A stretch of 64,000 bases of DNA from Epiperipatus broadwayi. Lineage: Eukaryota; Animalia; Onychophora. Of this stretch, positions 39,593 to 52,865 are shown in pieces. Numbering within the stretch: the stretch's first letter is position 1; each line of letters opens with the position of its first letter. The DNA lies in NCBI GenBank assembly GCA_028023455.1, contig JAQFVV010000005.1, forward strand, positions 16,368,001-16,432,000, given 5' to 3'. The position numbers were made by a program, and so were the translations under genes. The notes beneath the pieces were generated by a model. It saw only the letters and a program-made list of their open reading frames with translations, made no database searches and had not been told where the DNA came from.

Positions 39593-40717
39593 GTGTGGTC
39601 AATTTTTACTGGGAAAACCAACACACAAATATACCAAGGAAAACCGAATAAGTTTCTGGGTTTCCCATTTCATTTGGAAATGGGGCAGATGAGAAGAACA
39701 ATACAAGACAAAATTTTAACACAAACAGAAAGAATCACAGACTCACTTGCTAAATCATACCTTTCTCTATACTCAAAGGTTGCTCTCTTCAACCAACTGA
39801 TAATGACAAAAATCACATACTACCTACCAGTGATAAAGTTTACCAAAAAATTTATATCAACAGTAAACTCCATGTGCAATAAACTACTTTGGAATAAAAA
39901 GGTGGTAGCAATTTCAATGAGGCAAATAAGCCAACCCACAAAACTAAATGGGCTTGGACTACATACAATTTCAACTTTTTACACACAAAAAATAATAAAC
40001 CTGCTGATTACAACATTTACAAAGTTTCCAAATATTCAAAAAATAATAGATATAATACCCACTGACCGACCACCTCCCAAAGACAACTATATAGCCACAC
40101 TTTTAGACAGCATAAGAAATCAAAGGGACAAAATAACCCTGTCTAACCCAATTAAATACACATATTGGCACATACATAGCCTAATAGAGCAGACACAACA
40201 AGATATCAACAACAAAATGGTCCTTGAAATAAACAATGCACAGCTCCTAAAAAAATATAAAAATTGGTACCTGGAGCCTAAATTCTTTGACTTAAATCTG
40301 AATGCCTTGCCTACATCACATTTCATCCATTTTAAAAGGTTCTTTACGAAAATAGACCCACTGTGCAGATTGTGCCAAAGAGAAGAAGAAACACAACATC
40401 ATTTTCTAAACGATTGTCTGGGCTTGGAAAAGGTAAGACAAATAATGATAAATAACTACCATCAGAAAGACACAACAATGGCAAAAATTCTCCAGGTATA
40501 CAAAAAAAATGCAATCCCAACAATAAGAGCAGCAACATTTAGCTTGTATGCATATTGGTACACCAGATGTAAATTCAATTTTGACTACAATGCAAAACAA
40601 AACCTCAACACTTTCCACCACAAGCTAGAAAAAATAAAAGAAAGGGATAACATGCTAGCACCACCAGATATTTTTGCTGCAACTTGGTCACTGTTTAAAC
40701 TAAAATCAGCACTATAG
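39593..40717 (+). CDS. Tx1/L1-type LINE ORF2 C-terminal part (RT domain 7, thumb, zf-RVT); 5'-truncated, 3' UTR runs to ~41050
   Basis: KFLG, SLYSKVALFNQLIMTKITYYL, PTKLNGLGL, LNALPT...DPLCRLCQREEETQHHFLNDC; 374 codons open. No YxDD or endonuclease present, so non-autonomous. Confidence 0.85.
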   Translation: MWSIFTGKTNTQIYQGKPNKFLGFPFHLEMGQMRRTIQDKILTQTERITDSLAKSYLSLYSKVALFNQLIMTKITYYLPVIKFTKKFISTVNSMCNKLLWNKKVVAISMRQISQPTKLNGLGLHTISTFYTQKIINLLITTFTKFPNIQKIIDIIPTDRPPPKDNYIATLLDSIRNQRDKITLSNPIKYTYWHIHSLIEQTQQDINNKMVLEINNAQLLKKYKNWYLEPKFFDLNLNALPTSHFIHFKRFFTKIDPLCRLCQREEETQHHFLNDCLGLEKVRQIMINNYHQKDTTMAKILQVYKKNAIPTIRAATFSLYAYWYTRCKFNFDYNAKQNLNTFHHKLEKIKERDNMLAPPDIFAATWSLFKLKSAL

Positions 40718-41661
40718 TTGAAAATCAGTAAAAGAGATACAGAATAACACAGCTAAAAAGAAAAAGAACCCAATACACCAAAACCAGCAGGACACACATG
40801 ACAGGGTCCATCAACATAATGTATATATAAAAAAAAATTAGACAAACTGAATTCAGGCAACTTTTGATGCCTTAAGAGTAGCAAAAACACAACTTAAAGA
40901 ACTCAAGAGAAAGCTCTTTCTCTCATATATCTGTGAACAAACTTATGCCCTACAGAACTGTTTAGACACAGGAACAGACTTATGCTTACTGTGTAAGCCC
41001 AATCTTACCTATGTAATCATTGTTTTTTAATCAATAAAATATGCTTTGAAACATAAATCTTTATATCACTATCTAGTAAGTTACAAAATGCTCCACTTTG
41101 TTTATTCCAGTGGTAGAATGGCAGAATCTGGAGCTTAAAGTTCATGGATCAAACCCAGCTCTGCTCTTTAAACTCTCAAACTTTTCATAAACAGCTGAGC
41201 TATTCAATTACCTTTTATAACCATCAAAACAGTTTATCCTCTTTGAAGTATCACCATTTCTGCATATACAAAATAAAATGTCTGTCTGAAAACTATAATT
41301 CAGGAATTAATAAATAAATTTTCAACATGTTTATTTTTTATATGAGCGTTAGTTTATGATAATAATTTTAGGATATTTAATTGTCAGTTTTTTCATCAGA
41401 TACACTTCTATGGCTAAAATGTGTCCTTGAAAAAAATAATGCATAAAAAATTTAATTACAGTACCTATCTTTTTAATGTACAGTTGATTGAATTAAATCA
41501 AATTATTATATCAGTTAAATAGCTGAAATACACAGGCTTATATATACCTGTGTCTATATATGTAATAGACAGGGTATGAGCACAGACCTTCACATGACCC
41601 ACCACTCACCACACTATCTCATAACACTGATATACCTGAACACACATATATTGAAAAGATA

Positions 41662-41722
41662 AATAATCACCAATATACGTATTTCATGCTAAACCAGCAA
41701 TCATCAGTTGGTCCAGATTACC
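41662..41722 (-). ncRNA. Type I hammerhead, family B
   Basis: ggtaatc-tgg-accaa-CTGATGA-ttgct-ggttt-agcat-GAAA-tacgta-TA-ttggt-gattatt. Confidence 0.65.
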
Positions 41723-41909
41723 ATCTCTACACATATATGCTATAAGTGCTCAGATATATATTAAGATAGCAAATCCTCCTACTTTAATGGAGAGGCTTCA
41801 ATCCACTCCACACTCCAACTCTGGAGTGGATTGAAGCCTGTCCATTAAAGTAGGAGGATTTGCTATCTTAATATATATCTGAGCACTTGTAGCATATATG
41901 TGTAGAGAT

Positions 41910-41970
41910 GGTAATCTGGACCAACTGATGATTGCTGGTTTAACATGAAATATGTATATTGGTGATTATT
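41910..41970 (+). ncRNA. Type I hammerhead, family B (stem II mismatch)
   Basis: Core intact; stem II 3' strand is aacat instead of agcat. Confidence 0.5.
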
Positions 41971-44090
41971 TATCTTTTCAACATATGTGTGTTCAGGTGT
42001 ATCAGTGTTATGAGATAGTGTGGTAAGTGGTGGGTCATGTGAAGGTCTGTGCTCATACCCTGTCTATTATATCAGTTAAAGAAAAAGTATAGTAAGTTTT
42101 GATCTCGTTACAGATAATTTTAATAAGGAGAGTGTATAAAAATCAAGTAAATGATTTATTGCTCAGAAGTTCATAAGAAGTTTGAGAACTGGAAATGAGA
42201 GGTATGGATCATAAAAATCTACAATTCTACCATTGCATTAAACTATCTGGTGCATGAGATAGTGAGATAATTCTAATATAAACTCTAAACAGAACTGGTG
42301 AAAGATTACATATTGATCAATGTGATGTATATAACAACATTCCAATATTCTTGAACAAATTGGAAAGGCATTTAGGCAGACACAGGAAAAAGCTTTTAAA
42401 TTAATTTATTATTGATAAGGATTTGATTAATAGGTCAAGTTACTCTCTTAGGAACTTCATCTGGCATAATAGCTACCTTATTGGAAGGTGGTTATGTCAA
42501 CAAATCACAAGGGCAACTATATGGTGCAGCTATATGTTATTAGTGTTGCTAAAATGAATGAATATGTGACATAATTAGAAAACAATATTTTAAATGTATA
42601 CATATAAAAATGTTTGAAGGATAAATGATGAAATAATTTATATCCCAAAATCATAAATCCTAACTATTTATTTATTTATAACATGTTACAATCAGTTTAA
42701 TTTCATGAACTATAACTTGATTCATGACACAAATCTATTTACAAAAAGCAGTTATATCATCTCCACAAATCATTTGTAATCCTTCTTGTCAGTTGTCAAA
42801 TCTGCTTTCAAATCTTTAGATTAATTATGAAGCTCTATATTTGATTCATTAATTTGCCAAGTAGAAAATTTATTATTAGTAGGATCATCGTCAGAGATCT
42901 GAACAGTATGTTTTATTATTAAACTCAGGAACAGACATATTTGTTTCCCCAATACATTTCTTTAAAAACTCCATGCTTCAGTAGTATGGCAAATTTGGAT
43001 GTCCAAAATGACAATTTTAGTGTTCAATAAATTTTGCATAAGTAGGAAATGCTTTTAAAAAACAAATATCAGATTTCTTGCCAATATGTTTGAGATGGAA
43101 ATAATTTCGGAATTCAGTTATGATAATTATTTTTGTACTGTATTAGCCTAAAATTTGTATATCAAGCTGAGATTACAGTTAGTTGCATGTACAGTATTAA
43201 TTTACATTTTTATTTCTAAATAAATCATAATTCATAAAATCCCACTGTTTTACTCATGAATGTATAATGAAGTTATGGAAGAATAAATATGAAAAAAGTG
43301 ATTATACAGAAAGTGAATTATTGGTTTTTATGCTGGATTTGAAAAAGATAAGAGGGATTTAGATATAAAGGCCATAGAGTTTACAAAGATTATGTTGTGA
43401 AAATAGGATGGAGCAGAATATGGGAAAACTTAGAGTGGGGAATGGAAAATTAAATGGATAACAGGTTTATCTGGTCATAATTGTTCAGATATTCTTGACT
43501 TCATTTAAGAAACTACAGTACATCACATCCAAATACCTTTAAAACAATTTGTGTATCTAAATAAAGTATTCATAATAAAGCATGAGTTGTAGAAACTTTT
43601 AATTAACAACAGACTGTTAAAGTTCACAAAGTCAATGTTTTAGCTTTAATACTTTCATTTATTATGCATATAACATAATTATGCTTTTTTTCTCTGAGCT
43701 TTCTCAATTGAAAATAGGAACATGAGTAGTGAGAAAAGGGCACAAATGTTTAAATTATTTTTAGCCTTACATTAATATATTTTGAAATTACAAGTAGATA
43801 ACACTAAGTTATACTTCCCAATAAACTATCAATCATCCTTATTTCATTTACTGAACTGTTTGTTCTTCCAGAGAATCTTGAAAACATCTGCCCATTCAAT
43901 TAAACATTCTTCAGGAAGTTAAGTTTCATTATAAGCAAATGTATTATTTTAACTCTTGACACTAATTTAACTATAGTTACTATCTTAATTCGGGTTTTTT
44001 TTTAAAAAAGACTATATCAAGCAATGTTTTCTATTGCACATTTTTATCTTTTTACTTTTATTACTCTCATTAGTTTTTACTTTAGAAACA

Positions 44091-45112
44091 TTACAGTGAG
44101 TTAATGTTGTGATCTTAATACTGGAAAATCTATAAACTAATGTAGAGTTGTAAATATAATTTTGTTGAGTGCACAGGAAGTATATGTAAATACTTATAAG
44201 ACAGGCTTTAACCTGTATCAAATGCACCTTGAAAATTTTATAATAGTCGAGCAATATTATTTTGCCAGTAAAGGGACCTCCCAAACCATGACACATGATA
44301 ATGATTTTTATAAAGAGAAGAGTGGCAGTCTTATCTTTAACCTAAATTTCTACTTATATAGGCTAATCTGAAGCATTCTGATTTGATAGCGTGAAATTGT
44401 TGTTCTCTTCACTGATTAAGTCCACAATTTAACTGGTAAAGCAAATTGTGAACTTAATCAGTGGAGAAAACAACAACTTCATGCTCCCAAATCAGGATGC
44501 TTCAGATTGGCATATAAAAGTAGAAATTTAGGTTAAAGATAAGATGACTGAGCATGAAATTTGTGGACTTAAAATCAGTGAAGGGAACAACTTCATGCTC
44601 CCAAATCAGAATGCTTCAGATTGACCTATATAAGTAGAAATTTATGTTAAAGATAAGATGGCCACTCTTATCTTTATAAAAGTCACTATCATGTGTCATG
44701 GTTTGGGAGGTCCCTTTATCGGCAAAATAATATTGCTTGACTATTATAAAATTTTCAAGGTGCATTTGATACAGGTTAAAGCCTGTCTTATAAGTATTTA
44801 CATATATTTCCGGTGCACTCAACAAAATTATATTTACAACTCTACATTAGTTTATAGATTTCCCAGTATTAAGATCACAACATTAACTCACTGTAAATCA
44901 CGATTTCACAAAAGTTAATTGGTAAAGGAAATTGTGGACTTAATCAGTGAAGAGAACAACAACTTCATGCTCCCAAATCAGGATGCTTCAGATTGGCCTA
45001 TAGAAATTTAAGATAAAGATAAGGTGCTGCTCTTATCTTTATAAAAGTCACTATCATGGGTCATGGTTTGGGAGGTCCCTCTATCGACAAAATAATAATG
45101 CTTAACTATTAT
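44091..45112. mobile_element. Family E: one inverted arm (44091-44430) plus three tandem partial copies (44431-44550, 44558-44896, 44916-45112)
   Basis: All copies begin at or near AAATTGTGGACTTAATCAGTG and end at different points. Confidence 0.8.
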
Positions 45113-46596
45113 AAGACAGGAGTATGAGTGTGGATAAAGCTGTCCAACCATAATTAGGCAACAGAACAATTCCTAGCAAGCATGAGGAGAGAAAAAAATA
45201 TTTTTGTAACTTTAAAACTTTATAATTTTTTTTAATTAAGTCTAATGTTAATATTTAGAGTATTACTTTTTTTTTTTATTTTAAAACTAACCTTTTGTTG
45301 TTATATTTTAAATTTAATCTTAAAATAGATTAATTTTATTATTATTAGAATGTTAAATAATAAAAATGGGTATTCAGAAAGTAATTTTCTGATGAACAAA
45401 GTAAATTACAATCATAATTGATTTTTCTGAATGTATGGTCCAAAAAGCAGATTACCATAATGATCTTAATGATGGTTGAGATCATACATTTTGCTTAATA
45501 ATTTGTTTTTTAAAAAAATGATATATCCTAATTAGTATTTCATATTGCTTTAATTTAATATAAACAGTGGAGTCAACTGTTGATAGAAATTATCATATTT
45601 TTTATAAAAGAATTGAAGAATGTGTATGAATTTTTTTTAAAACATCCAAGGATATTTAAAATATTTATTTAATGTGAATGCTTGAATATGTGTACATTAG
45701 ATAACATTTTTAATTTATTAATGTTTTATCTTTGTGAACGTTATGTGTTGAAATACAGAGAAAAATCTAATACTGATCTGTAAATTATATAATAACAAAT
45801 AAATAAATGTATAGTACTGATGTGTTTTATCAAGATCATTTTTGCATAAAAACTTTTAAAAAACTATCTTGACATGAATTTAGATCTTTGTTGTTTCTTT
45901 AATATTGTTTTGGAAATTATTTTAGAATGCTGTTAGTATATTTTACAATGTTGAGAGATTTATTCAGTGTGGAAAATATAGGATGGTGGTCAGGAGGGTA
46001 ATATTCATATGAAATCCTAAGTGTTAGGGATATGCTAAAATCTGTTGTATGTGAATTATATTTTCATATTTTGAAGTTATTAAAATATACAGATAACATT
46101 GGGCTGTATTTCATTTCCCATGGACAGTTGCATTTTCTTATCATCAATATGTGCTATAATAGAGCCATGACTTGATTCTTAGGTTCCTGATGAATATGGA
46201 CCTATTACTATGATTTGCACTGTGTCCATGATGATATTATCTTAATCTTTTGAGTCATTTTTGGTACTATTTCATACCCTACACTTTAATCACTATCTAT
46301 CACCACATGAATCATCATAGAGGATAGTTTTATAAGTTGGTAAAGTAACAACTAAACCATTTGAAGTTCATAATTTATGAGAAGGAAAGATGAAATATAT
46401 AGAATTTTCGGTTGTATTCTCATCCTTGGTGTTCACCTTAAGATGGCGTTGATGCTAATCAAAAACATATACATATAACAATTCCGGGCCGGACCTAAAT
46501 GATCGATTTGATCTAAAAAGATCTGATTTCTTAGATTTGTAATAAAATATTCTACTAACTAATACTATTATATGATGTTAGTTTTTTTTCATTTTT

Positions 46597-47106
46597 GTAA
46601 ATGTTTATTAATCTTATCTTGTTTTTGAGTTTGTGTGTGTGTGTCTTTAAAGTTACGGTGTTTTTCTAATTTTTTTTTTTTTTGACTTTACATGTGTCTT
46701 TTTAAAGTTACGGTCTTTTTTTTTTTTGCAAGAGTAAATCAATAATTTTATTCAAAAGCAAGACGTAATAAGTAAATGTTTATTAATCTTATCTTGTTTT
46801 TGAGTTTGTGTGTGTGTCTTTAAAGTTACGGGGCTTTTTCGAATTTTTTTTTTTGGGACTTTAGGTGTGTCTTTTTAAAGTTACGGTATTTTTTTTGCAA
46901 GAGTAAATCAATAATTTGATTCAAAAGCAAGACGTAATAAGTCAATGTTTATTAATCTTAGATTGTTTTTGAGTTTGTGTGTGTCTTTAAAGTTACGGGG
47001 CTTTTTCTCATTTTTTTTTTGGACTTTATGTGTGTCTTTTTTTTTAAAGTTACGGTATTTTTGGTCAAGAGTAAATCAATCATTTTATTAAAAAAGCAAG
47101 ACGTAA
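46597..47106 (+). repeat. Three tandem ~170-bp units
   Basis: GTAAATGTTTATTAATCTTA...CAAAAGCAAGACGTAAT starting at 46597, 46772 and 46941. Confidence 0.9.
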
Positions 47107-47149
47107 TTCTAAATCTATCAAAAGTAATGTAATTTATATACTACAATTT

Positions 47150-47670
47150 AGAATTGATACCCGACTACTATTAGTAAGGACCGTCATTAAAAGACTCGAT
47201 TGAAAAATGATACCCGACTAATTTCCGTTTTCTTTTTTTTTTTGGGGGGGGGGACAGTAATGAATCAGAAAGTGGGTTGTTTTTGTTAAGTCTGTCTATA
47301 TAAAAAGGGTACCATTATTGAAATACTAAATTTAAAAATGATAGCCGACTAATTTGCGTTTCTTTTGACAGTAATTAATCAGAAAGTGGGTTTCTTTTTT
47401 TTTTTTTGGTAAATCTTGTGTATATATAAAAACAAACAAACCGTAATTCAAAGACTCCATTGAAAAAAATCAAACCCCATTGAATTTGCTTTTTTTTTTT
47501 AAAGACAGTAATTAATCAGGAACTGGGTTGTTTTTGTTAGTGTGTAGATATAAAAACTAATCTTATTTTGAAATAATAAATGTAACAAAACAAAAAAAAA
47601 ATAATACCCAACTAATTTTATTTTTCGGACAAGTAATTCCTAATAATTAGACAGTGGGTTGTTTTTGTTT
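47150..47670 (+). repeat. Second degenerate tandem array (~120-130-bp units)
   Basis: Recurring TACCCGACTAATTT and GACAGTAATTAATCAGAAAGTGGGTT. Confidence 0.6.
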
Positions 47671-49231
47671 GTGCATATATATATATATAGCAAAAGTAAC
47701 TGGTCACGGATGAATTCTCGCGAAAACGGTACTTTTCGCGTGATCCTTTATTTTTTTTCCCCTTTCGCACCCTTAAAAGCAATTTTTGAGGGTTACCCCT
47801 TCGTAATGGAATCTTCAGGACATTATTACTAAACTTACAACAGTAAAGTAAGTTACAACACATTAAAAAAAATAGACGTCTTATCAAATTTAAAAAAACT
47901 ATGACTGCTTCAAAGACACACACTCTCACACGAAACTACAGAGAAAATAGATATTCTACTATTACGAGAAAATGATGAACAAAATCGACTACTACGGCAG
48001 CCAATCAAGGCATTTCTTTCTCTTTGCTTTTAGCATAGAAAAAAAGCCATAACCGGCAGCCGTCGGGAACTCTTTCTGTGTTTTATCATAGAAAGAAGTC
48101 TCTTTGTGTTGGCTTCTGTCGCCGTCACCTCCTCCGTCCAACATAACATGAGGACTTTTCTGCATTTATAATGTAGAAAAATTCCTCTTTGGTTGGGTGA
48201 AGGCCAGTGAAATGGTATATTTCTAGGAATTTACCTAGAAGTAGCGACATCTTAAGGCGAACACCAAGGATGAGAAAATAATGTCGAGATGTTTGATGAT
48301 TGTCATAGTATATAACATAAGAGAGGAATAATTGATACGTTTACAAATATTAGACATCACTTAGCTCAAACAGATGCATGTTTAAATTAGAGTGAAAGTG
48401 AAAATAGTGAAAATGATTTTGAATATGATGAATGTAAAAATATAAAAACAAAAATAATACAAATGTCAAGCAATATAATTTATTGATAGTTTAAGTTACA
48501 AAAATTTATGAAATTATCTCTCTTAAGTATTTTGCATAAATATTAATTTTTATAGAGGAAGATATTCATATTTTTTATTTAAATTTTTCTGATATTCAAA
48601 TATCAAGATGTTATTTTGCTAAACTGCAAAGACAGTCATTAATAATTTTTCTTTTAATATTTTATTTGTTGGACTTTAAAAAGCATATTTTAAAATATAA
48701 ACTTATATTGATGCACTACATCATAAGAAGTATATTTTATAACAGTATACGTGTGATGTTAAGTTTTCTTAGAAATTGAGAAATTTATTGTAACTATTCC
48801 CAATACAAATAATACAATACTATTTTACTGAATGAGAATTACATATTGTCATTACCGTTGTAAGTTTTGTTTTATTTTGAAGCAACAGAAGTGAAGGCTA
48901 TCTTATTTTATTTCTTGTATTTATTGGTAAGATTTATGTGTGTGTATATATATATATGTGTTAAATAATGTTAATTCTTATTTTACTTTCGTAAATATTT
49001 TTTTATATTAGGTTGTTATTATATTGTAATAGTATGATATTGTTAATTTATAAATAAATTTGTTAACTGTTGTTTTTGAAACTTATCTTAGTCGAGTTGT
49101 GATTTGTCTGCATGTTGGTTATTTGATTTTTCATTCTACATGCATGATTCGCAGAAATTAATAATTTGAAATATTATTTATTTGGCACATGATCCTTAAA
49201 GATTACTTAGATATTAAATAGTTCAAAAAAA

Positions 49232-49430
49232 AGTCATAAATCACATGACCCTATCTCTTAAGCTTGTATGTTATAAACAATGAAGATTGCCAATTCCTCT
49301 ACAGGCTTCGTAATAAATGCTTAACCAGAGCCATCACTTAAAATATCTCTGTCAGGAACCCCTCCCCAAACCCCTGACCATGGTTTTGTGCTTTGGCACT
49401 CTTTAGAGAGGTGTCAGGGTATGTTCAGAC
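49232..49430 (-). mobile_element. Family C single copy
   Basis: Matches 4935-5099 and extends ~30 bp further. Confidence 0.85.
49370..49412 (-). ncRNA. Family C hammerhead relic (two core G-to-A changes)
   Basis: acctct-CTAAAGA-gtgc-caaa-gcac-AAAA-ccatgg-TC-aggggt; the copy at 5098-5136 retains GAAA-CCATGG-TC. Confidence 0.55.
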
Positions 49431-51042
49431 TATTTATAGTCTCTGCCATAAGTCTTATGCAATTTTATATTGCTAAGATGACTACTATGTGGTATGGTTG
49501 AAGATCTATCAGCCCCATATAGCTAATTTGAGTTGGATAGCTGGGTTTGAAGACATGTAGATGTCTGAAATTTTCAGATTTTCCACTCAATAGATAACTT
49601 TTAGATAAGTGCTTGGCTTTGGGTTGGAATAAGTCTAATGCAATTTTATATTGCTAAGATGACTACTGTGTGGGTTTTTTACTTAGATATTATTTCTATT
49701 ATATTTGATTAACTAACAAAATATATTATTATTATTGTAAAAGATATGATCATCGATAATTATTTTTAAAAGATATAACAGCAATGAGATATTTACATAA
49801 TATGGCCACAATATTCAAATACATTATATTTTTAAGAATGCCACATTAAATAAAGAAAGATTGTACAATGTTTACTTAAAATTTTTATTATATTATTTAT
49901 ACTTTTTATTATTAAATATCAATCATTGAATCGATTTAATGTTGAGAGTCATTAAGTTATTTTAGTTGCTTATTGTTGTTGTTATTTTGTAAGAGTATTT
50001 AGATATCATGTAAAATCCCTCATCATATTTAACTACAGGGTGTTAATTAATTTATCTTGATATCAGTTTGTTAGAAATGAGCCTGAGATTATTATTATTA
50101 TTTTTAAAAAATTGTAAATTGTTCTATTGAAAGATGTGATAAGAAATTATTAGTTAATGTTGAATGTCCAATTAGTATTTTTATTAAAGGAATATTAAGT
50201 AATTTATTGTTTATTTCTATAATAAATTTATAAATTATATTTTAGGATTATTAGATGTGTGTGTTTAAAGACATGAGAGCATTATATATTAATCTATTAG
50301 GTGAATTTGGTGGGGTAATATTCTTATGTCATTGGGAGTGCATCTTTTGAGATGTATTCTCAATGTTTAAGCCAGTCTCATGTTAAGAGTTTCATAATTA
50401 TATTTATTTTGATAGAATCATATTTTATTTATAATCTTGAGTTAGTTATAAGTTGAATTTATTAGTGAAATGAATGAGTTAAATATTATAGTTGGAACCC
50501 TAATTATTTATTATGAACCTAAGTGTTATAATATATTAATTTAATAAGTTTTACTTATATTTAATGATTGAAAGATATTATTTTATTAGATATTGTATCT
50601 TAGTAGTGTATCTTGAGTTAGTTTTAATATTAATTGTCTTGATAGTTATTGTTTATGTAACATAACTGTAGTTCAATATTGTTAAATTTCAGTTAGCCAG
50701 ATTCTTATGCTCAGAGGAGTCTGTTTTGATAAGGGTACATAATAAATTAGAATTGACTGTTATTTCTAGCTGTAAATAATTAAATCTCCTGGCCATCTTT
50801 ACATCAACAAACTATAAAAAGTGTAATAGATCCATCTATTCCATGTGTTTTGGGGGATAATAAAATTAGTGTGCTAACTGTTGAAATTTTAGGATGAAAA
50901 TATAATATTGATAATTATTTGACTTCTAATTAATTATGAGTGTATAGATCATTAAAAATTAGATACAGTTTCTATTCTTTATTTAATATGATTTTGTAAT
51001 TAATAATATTTAAATACAAATATGTTGTCTATATTGAACTTA

Positions 51043-51182
51043 ATGTAATTAGAAGGAATTTGAACTCAGACTTTCAAGCTCTCTTCAGCTATTCACTCCA
51101 TCTTATACAATCGATACGTATGACCACATACATGTGAAAAGGATAAATGATCTCCAATATATGTATTACATGCAGAACCAAT
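51043..51182 (-). mobile_element. Family B fragment ending inside the HHR
   Basis: GGAATTTGAACTCAGACTTTCAAG...GATAAATGATCTCCAATATATG. Confidence 0.75.
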
Positions 51183-51722
51183 AATGCTATATAAGTATTA
51201 TTCCTATTCCAAAATTTATCACATCATTGAAAGTACAAGGAATATCATTCTACAGTTTGATAACATAATGATGGTTGGTTTATTCAATTATTCTCAACTG
51301 GAGGAAGCTTAGCAAAAAATTTTAAATTTATTTCATATACATTAATGTTATGGTTTAATATTTATATATAGATAATCTAAATTAATTACTTTTTTAACAA
51401 AATTTAAACAACCTATCCAATTAATTCAACAGTCTTACCATCTTTGATATCAAACTAAAGTAATCAGCCAATCACCTTTTCTGGGGAGTTGCATTCCAGT
51501 TTACAACATCAGTTTTCATGTATAATTGAGTCACTTATAGCGTTCCAATGTAATGTACAAAAATATTTCTATATGAAGTCCAAATTTAAAGCTGATTAGA
51601 CTTTTTTTAAAGTACAATAAACATTATGCAGTTTTTTAAAAAGCAAACAAAACAAATTAAGCATTTAAATATTATGCTATTTCTTGTAACATTTAAATGC
51701 ATAATAAATAATATATATATAT

Positions 51723-51988
51723 AATATTTTATAAAAATAAAAAATGATGAGAAATGCATTAAATATCAAAAAATATTTTTTTCTTCAATCACAATTTGGA
51801 TTGGGATATTGAACTTGAAGTAAAAATAGGGAGCATCCATAAATCAATTAATTCAATGTCTAACAACATCCCCTATTTATTTCAAGTTAAATGTCCCAAC
51901 TCAAATTATAATTAAAGAAAAAAAACATTTTTTTCATTTTTAGTGCACTTTTCATCAAATTAAATAAAAGTGTTTTTTATAAAATATT
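51723..51988. repeat. Old degenerate foldback, ~125-bp arms
   Basis: TTGGGATATTGAACTTGAAGTAAAAATAGGG mirrored by CCCTATTTATTTCAAGTTAAATGTCCCAA. Confidence 0.65.
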
Positions 51989-52729
51989 TTTTATATATAT
52001 TATTATTATTATTTCTTATTATTCAGATATTTTGCAATAGTCTTTTTGGCATTATTCATATTCAAATATAAACTGACAATTTAAACAATACTGACACATT
52101 TTTAGTATTTGAAATGATTTTCTAAAAAAAAAAAAAAGTTTTATTTAAACAATCAAAAGAAATTAAGATTTCATCCTTCATTTGTTTTTCCTTCTATTTT
52201 AATTAATTGTAAAGAGTTTTTAATGAATTATTCATAAATTCAATAAGAGGCTTATTACAAATATACTGCTATTTAGTATACATCTCTGTAAACTTACTGG
52301 TTCACTATTATGCATTTTGAAATTCAGTGCCCCAACATTGATAGACTGGATAACTGGTTAGACAATCTTGAAATATTCTAATGTCATATTTTGTTGTCAA
52401 AATTTTTTAAAAATCCAATTGATAGAAGTATGTTTGAAATCAATTATACGATTTGGGTCAAATAAAGAAATAAACAAGTAAATAGATTTCCTACACTAAA
52501 TAAAAAGCCTTTAAAAAGTCAGCATCATATTTTTTTCACTCTTTAAAAAAATATATTCAGTCTTGAGTTTGGTAAATATATGAAATAGTCTTTGAACATT
52601 ATATTGCATACATCCAATGTGGTTATTGTCAATTAAAGACTGGTTGTGAACCATAAAATAACAGTCCCAAAGAAGCCGATTGGAAGGTTAATTTATCATG
52701 ATATTATTGCTTATGAATTGATTGTTGAA

Positions 52730-52865
52730 CCACTAAAACATCACATGATCACCATCTCATGCTAGCACATAACTGTTAGTAAACAGGCAAAAACTCTCCA
52801 TATAGTAGTGCCACCTTGTGCTAACCAGAATAATCAGTGGATTCCAAAAGGCTTGTGCATAAAAT
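52730..52865 (-). mobile_element. Family A 3' fragment without the HHR
   Basis: CCACTAAAACATCACATGATCACC...GGCTTGTGCATAAAAT. Confidence 0.8.

Larger units (their letters stand above)
41520..42064. mobile_element. Family B foldback dimer, arms abutting at ~41820
   Basis: Inverted arms of ~245-300 bp; 16-bp flanking direct repeat TATTATATCAGTTAAA (41504-41519, 42065-42080). Confidence 0.9.
46417..48276. mobile_element. Unclassified ~1.86-kb element with ~30-bp terminal inverted repeats
   Basis: TTCTCATCCTTGGTGTTCACCTTAAGATG / CATCTTAAGGCGAACACCAAGGATGAGAA; CpG-richer interior; no transposase ORF; TSD unclear. Confidence 0.65.

Noticed and set aside
40120-40621. Antisense ORFs over the LINE (also 22417-22599, 23406-23612)
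   Set aside because: Shadows of retroelement coding sequence.
44340-44420. CTGAAGC...GAAG hammerhead-like pattern in family E
   Set aside because: Two core mismatches and inconsistent stem geometry.
49700-50900. Possible very old Penelope RT on the minus strand (FISLINSTYN resembling IVSxINSPTY)
   Set aside because: Too decayed to support by eye.
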